Origin: the human T2T-CHM13v2.0 reference genome, Homo sapiens
Direction: 5' to 3' (one strand)
Assembly (NCBI RefSeq): GCF_009914755.1
Contig: NC_060925.1
Length of the DNA: 64,000 nucleotides
Below, one piece after another: positions 57,491-64,000 of the stretch. The position numbers and the translations under genes are program-made. How positions within the stretch are numbered: position 1 is the first letter of the stretch; each line of letters begins with the position of its first letter. The notes under the pieces were generated by a model, which was not told the origin of the DNA, searched no databases, and saw only the letters and a list, made by a program, of their open reading frames with translations.

Positions 57491-59312
57491 TCACACTTTC
57501 TCTTGGTAACTTTATGCCTGTGTGTCAGTTCTCATGAGCTGCTGTTTCTTTGCTTCACAGATTTTGAATATGGTTATTAGGCTATCACCTAGCAAATGGC
57601 ATTTCCTACTTATCTTAGTGGTTTGGTATTCAAATAAATTTGCTGTAACAGTATTTACAAATGGCCAGTTTTATGATGGGCTCTTTTTTTTGTTAAAAAC
57701 ATTTTTTAGGCCGGGTGGAGTAGCTCACACCTGTAATCCCAGCACTCTGGGAGGCCAAGAAGGGTGGATCACTTGAGGTCGGGAGTCTGAGACCAGCCTG
57801 GCCAACATGGTGAAACCTTGTATCTACTAAAAATACAGAAATTAGCTGGGTGTGATAGTGGGCACCTGTAATCCCAGCTACTCAGGAGGCTGAGGCAGGA
57901 GAATTGCTTAACCTGGGAGGCGGAGGTTGTGGTGAGCTGAGATCGTGCCACTGCACTGCAGCTGGGCAAAAGAGGGAGACTCCACCTCAAAAACAAAACA
58001 AAACAAAACAAAAAACAAAAAAACATTTTTTTGAGAGACAGGGTCTTTCTCTGTTGCCCAGGCTGGAATGCAGTGGTACAATCATAGTTCACTGCAGCTT
58101 CAACTTTCTGGGCTCAAGTGATCTCCCACCTCAGCCTCCTGACTGGCTGGAACTACAAGCATGAGCCACCACGCTCGCTTAATTTTTCAAATTTTTTTAG
58201 AGATGGTGTCTCGCTGTGTTGCCCAGTCTGGTCTCGAACTCCTGGGCTCAAGTGATCCACCCTGCTTGGCCTCCCAGAGTTCTGGGATACAGACATGAGC
58301 CACTGCCAGCCTTCTGTTAAAATTTTATTCTCCTTATAATTAAACTTTTAAATTTCATTTATTTATTACATGGTGAGGTCATAACAGACAAATTATAAAG
58401 AGGAGACAGAATTTGAAGTTGGAAATTTAAAGTGACAGCTATCCATTAAAAGTTGTAGCATCTTGTACCGAGGAATGGTTGGCAGAAAGAAGCTAGGCAT
58501 GATGGAGAATGAATGAATGCGTGTACTCCAATATTTCTTATTTTGTTAAAAAACTTTCTTACAGGATCTGCTTATCTGAAATGCAGTACTTTCAGAAGCT
58601 GTAGTTGGGTCATTGTTTAACTTATCCCTTCCCGCCAGATGCATCATATTTTATTAACAAGTTACAGATGCAAATCATCAGTAACATACTTTTGCTTGCA
58701 AGGAATTCACTTCTGTGGATGTCCACCATTGAAGCTTAGAACAATAGTTTTAGGCCAGGATTAAAAGCTTTAAGTATTCCATGAGCTTTCCACCAAGGAC
58801 CAGGTCTTTCCGTTTATGTCTTTGCCAGCTATTTCTCCTGGGGAAATGGTTTGAGCTTGTTGTGGAAAGTCAGATGCTTTAGTTTTTCCAAACACATCTG
58901 ACTTTACTGACCTTGCAAATTTTGTTTTGAGGCTTGGGTTTGAAAGTAAAAATGGCCATATTTTTGATTTTGTCAAAAGAGTAAAATTTTTATGCATCCA
59001 GGATAATGGAGGATTATATTAAAATTTTAGGGGTCATGGATTTTTAAAAATAGTATATATATGTGCCCATCACCTTCTGTTCAATTTATGTAATTTAGGA
59101 AAAAAGATTGTTGTGGAGAACAACAACAAAAAAATCAAATATACTCTGAAATTTCACATTATGTGTTATAGATTTCAAAAATATAAGAAAGGTATCGGAA
59201 TGTAGGTCAAATAGAGTTATCAATATATAGGTTTTACAGATATTTTCAGAAAATGTAGGAGGAAATACAGTTATGCTTTTACAAATACTGGAAATTTTTT
59301 TTGTAAATTTAG

Positions 59313-59369
59313 GTTGCTACTTTGGACACACAGATTGCAGATGATGCTGAGTTACAGAAATATTCAAAG
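59313..59369 (+). CDS. PATJ: PATJ coding exon 13 (VATLDTQIADDAELQKYSK)
   Basis: Acceptor aatttag, donor AAG|gtaagc, 57 nt, phase 0-0. Confidence 0.96.
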
Positions 59370-60245
59370 GTAAGCATTTTTTATAACAAAGTTAACAGTT
59401 TTATTTTTTTTAAGAGATAGGGTCTCACTATGTTGTCCAGGTTGGTCTCAAACTCATAGGCTAAAGTGATCCTCCCGTATTTCCCTCCCAAAGTGTTAGG
59501 ATTACAGGTGGAGCCACTGAACTCGGCCCATTTTTTTATCGTTTGAAGAACTTTCTTTAAATTCTTGCTGAAGAAACTAAATTAGTGCTGTGACCTAAAG
59601 TTTCCAGAATTTAGTCTTGCATGTTTCCTAGAAATGTGATGGGTCTCACTGTTATGAAAGATGATGCCTGGGAAGAACACAGGATCCCTATGTCATGTTC
59701 AGAAGCCAAAACCCAGGTTTGACTCCTTTGCCCACATTAGAGGTAGTATGCAGAGTAACATTGTGCAGTGTGCGTTAGTTTTTTAGATATTATAAGGAGT
59801 CCTTTAATGAATGTTTCCTAAAAATCAAGACCCGGGAATACAGGCTTTAAAAAAGGCTTCAGGTTCAGATGTTCAAGGAAAGAAAAGTGGTTTATCTTCT
59901 GAGTGTAGGCAGTAGTTGTTCTTGAACTTAAAACGTTTTTGGTAAGCTTTATTTCTGTTGGCAAGGTGCCAGAAGACAACTTCGACAGTTTTTTTTCCAA
60001 CATTTTTTAGCATCCTGTCACTAAACATTCCCATTCTGGATAAGCAGAGGCCAGGGCAATTGAAACTTAGAGAAGCCTTGTAGGCGGCCTCCTCAACAAT
60101 TGATAAGAAAGGAAAGATGTTCTTGCCTGAGTGGTTTCAGAAGTCATAGTGTAATTCTGCATGGGATATAAGTGCTGAGCCTACCTTAAACTCTTCTGTC
60201 ACATGCAGTTTTAAGAATGTATTTTCTTTTTTTTTTTTTTTTTGA

Positions 60246-60404
<159 letters not shown>

Positions 60405-60581
60405 TAGTAGAGACGAGGTTTCTCCCTGTTGGTCACGCTGGTCTCCAACTCCCGACCTCAGGTAATCCACCCACCTTGGCCTCCCAAAGTGCTGGGATTA
60501 CAGGCATGAGCCACAGCGCCAGGCTAAAAATGTATTTTCTGCATCCCATGAAGGTTTCATAAGAAGTTGAAAAGTCTTTAG

Positions 60582-61008
<427 letters not shown>

Positions 61009-61275
61009 TGACACTTGAGAGTCTTTCTTCCCTTCCCAGTTTACCTGCATCTTGAGTCACTTCATCGTTGTGACTGTGTCGGCCAACTGACCAAGCTTTC
61101 CTCAGATGTACAAAATCTGAGGAAAATATGGCTCGCCTTGTAGTTTAATTTTAAATTATTTACAAAGTCAGATTAGAGTAGTGACTAAATATTAATGCCA
61201 TCTCAATATATTGAGAGGGATTTAATTCAAAATGAGAGTAAGAAATACAAATACAAAGCTGGGTGTGGTGGCTCA

Positions 61276-61646
<371 letters not shown>

Positions 61647-61657
61647 CTAGCTAGTCA

Positions 61658-61762
<105 letters not shown>

Positions 61763-62087
61763 TCAAAGACAAACACCTCATCAAGCTTCATTTGTTATTA
61801 ATTACTGCATTATAGTGTACTGATTACATGGATTCTAGAACCAAACTGCCTGAGTTCAAATTCTGGCTTATGCAGAATTTCATAGCTGTGTAATCTTAGA
61901 AAATGATCTAAAGTCCATGTCTCAGTTTTTTGTATGTAAAAAGGAAATATTAATACCTGCCTCATAGATTTATATAGGAATTAACTCTATTATGCTTAAT
62001 ATTGTACCTGCCTCATAGATTTATATAGGTATTAACTGTAATATGCCTAGAATAGTTGCAAGCACATAGTAGGCTCTTGTTTTTTGA

Positions 62088-62306
<219 letters not shown>

Positions 62307-62713
62307 TGAAGCCTTGGCCTCCTAAAGTGCTGGGATTACAGGTGTGAACCACTGTGCCCAGCCAGGCTCTTATTATTATTTTTATTATTATCATATAAAT
62401 CAGTGTTGCATGAAATTGCTCTTTAATTTACACTAAACTCTTAGATATTTTCTATTTAAATGTTTTCTAGTTTACTAAATTTCCTGTGCCTAATCGGCTG
62501 CTAAAGCCCATCTATTAAGTGCTTAATTTTAGTTATTTATCTAGTATGGAATTTTCATTTTATTTCTTTTTACATTATAATTCTCCAGCTAAATTCCCAA
62601 AGTAAAAAAAAAAAATCTAGGCTGGACGCGGTGGCTCACGCCTGTAATCCCAGCACTTTGGGATGCCGAGGTGGGTGGATCATGAGGTCAGGAGATCGAG
62701 ACCATCCTGGCTA

Positions 62714-62968
<255 letters not shown>

Positions 62969-63194
62969 TTAACCATAGCTTATAAAGACTTTAAGTAATT
63001 CCAATATCTGGATCAACTTTGGATCTGTTTCTGTCATTCGATGTTTTGTCTTTTTGTTTGGGTATATCTCTTGTTATGCCAAAATTTGATTAAATATCTG
63101 ACAACTATAAAAGGCTTCAGATGATATCAGTTATCTCTGTCCAGAGAGGTCTTACCTTGCCTGCTAATGTGGTGATAGAGGAAGGGGAGGGAAT

Positions 63195-63254
63195 AGAGAG
63201 AGAGAGAGAGAGAGAGAGAATGTGAGTGACTGAGAGAGAGAGAGAGAGAGAGAG

Positions 63255-63293
<39 letters not shown>
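63195..63293. repeat. Compound microsatellite (GA)n-spacer-(GA)n(GT)n
   Basis: Directly visible dinucleotide runs. Confidence 0.96.
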
Positions 63294-64000
63294 TGGTATT
63301 GGTGGGTGCTCATCTTGGAGACGGGGCAGAGGTACAGTTCTGTAAGAGTCAGACCACCTCTGATTTGCTTCACTTTTAAGACACAGTCTTGGCCAGGCAC
63401 AGTGGCTCACACCTGTAATCCTAGCATTTTGGGAGGCCGAGGCAGGAAGATCACCTGAGGTCAGGAGTTCAAGACCAGCCTGGGCAACATGATAAAACCT
63501 CGTCTCTCCTAAAAATACAAAAATTAGCCAGGCATGGTGGTGGGTGCCTGTAATCCCATCTACTCGGGAGGCTGAAGCAGGAGAATTGCTTGAACCTGGG
63601 AGGTGGAGGCCTCAGTGAGCCAAGATTGTGCCACTGGACTCCAGCCTGGGCAATACAGCGAGATTCTGTCTAAAAAAAATAAAAAAAGACACAGCCTCCC
63701 GGGTAATCCACGAAAGACCCTGGGGTGTTTACCAGTCCTCTTATCCTGGTGGAACCTGAACTCTAATCTTCTCTCCTTAGTAGTGTGGACTGCTGAAATA
63801 CTTGCTTTGCTTTTCCAGGGTTTCCTGATTAGCTTTTTAGCCTCCTGTGTCATATTACTTTAGAACTCAGGATATGTCCTTTCAGGGAAGTCCTGCCCTG
63901 ATCAGGCTCCATTCATCACGTGGTTCAGCTTTACTTGTCTGTCCTCCCACATTCAAAGCCTAAGACCCTGAATCATCATGTTTTATAATAAGTAAAAGAC

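Overview
Primate genomic DNA, human or a very close great ape. It covers the 5' part of PATJ (INADL), the Crumbs-complex multi-PDZ tight-junction scaffold, on the + strand. I spliced 13 coding exons by hand (13758-59369). All introns are GT-AG and the phases are consistent, giving 1683 nt or 561 codons. This encodes the L27 domain, PDZ1, PDZ2, PDZ3, a linker and the approach to PDZ4; the gene continues past the window. No CpG island or promoter is visible, so the non-coding first exon probably lies upstream. The rest is intron with very high Alu density (roughly 75-80 copies or fragments by eye, about a third of the window). It also carries L1, L2, MIR, LTR elements (MST, MLT1, MLT2, MER21, MER31-like) and hAT DNA transposons (Charlie1, MER5A, MER30). 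Almost all ORFs in the supplied track are Alu/L1 artefacts. I find no convincing new biological system. The most testable leads concern RNA processing: an AUG-containing circRNA with a predicted 30-aa novel tail, an intronic polyA signal after coding exon 12, and skewed 3' splice-site trinucleotides. There are also several clean mutational or transposition fossils. Repeat family names are from memory of consensus sequences and their boundaries are approximate.
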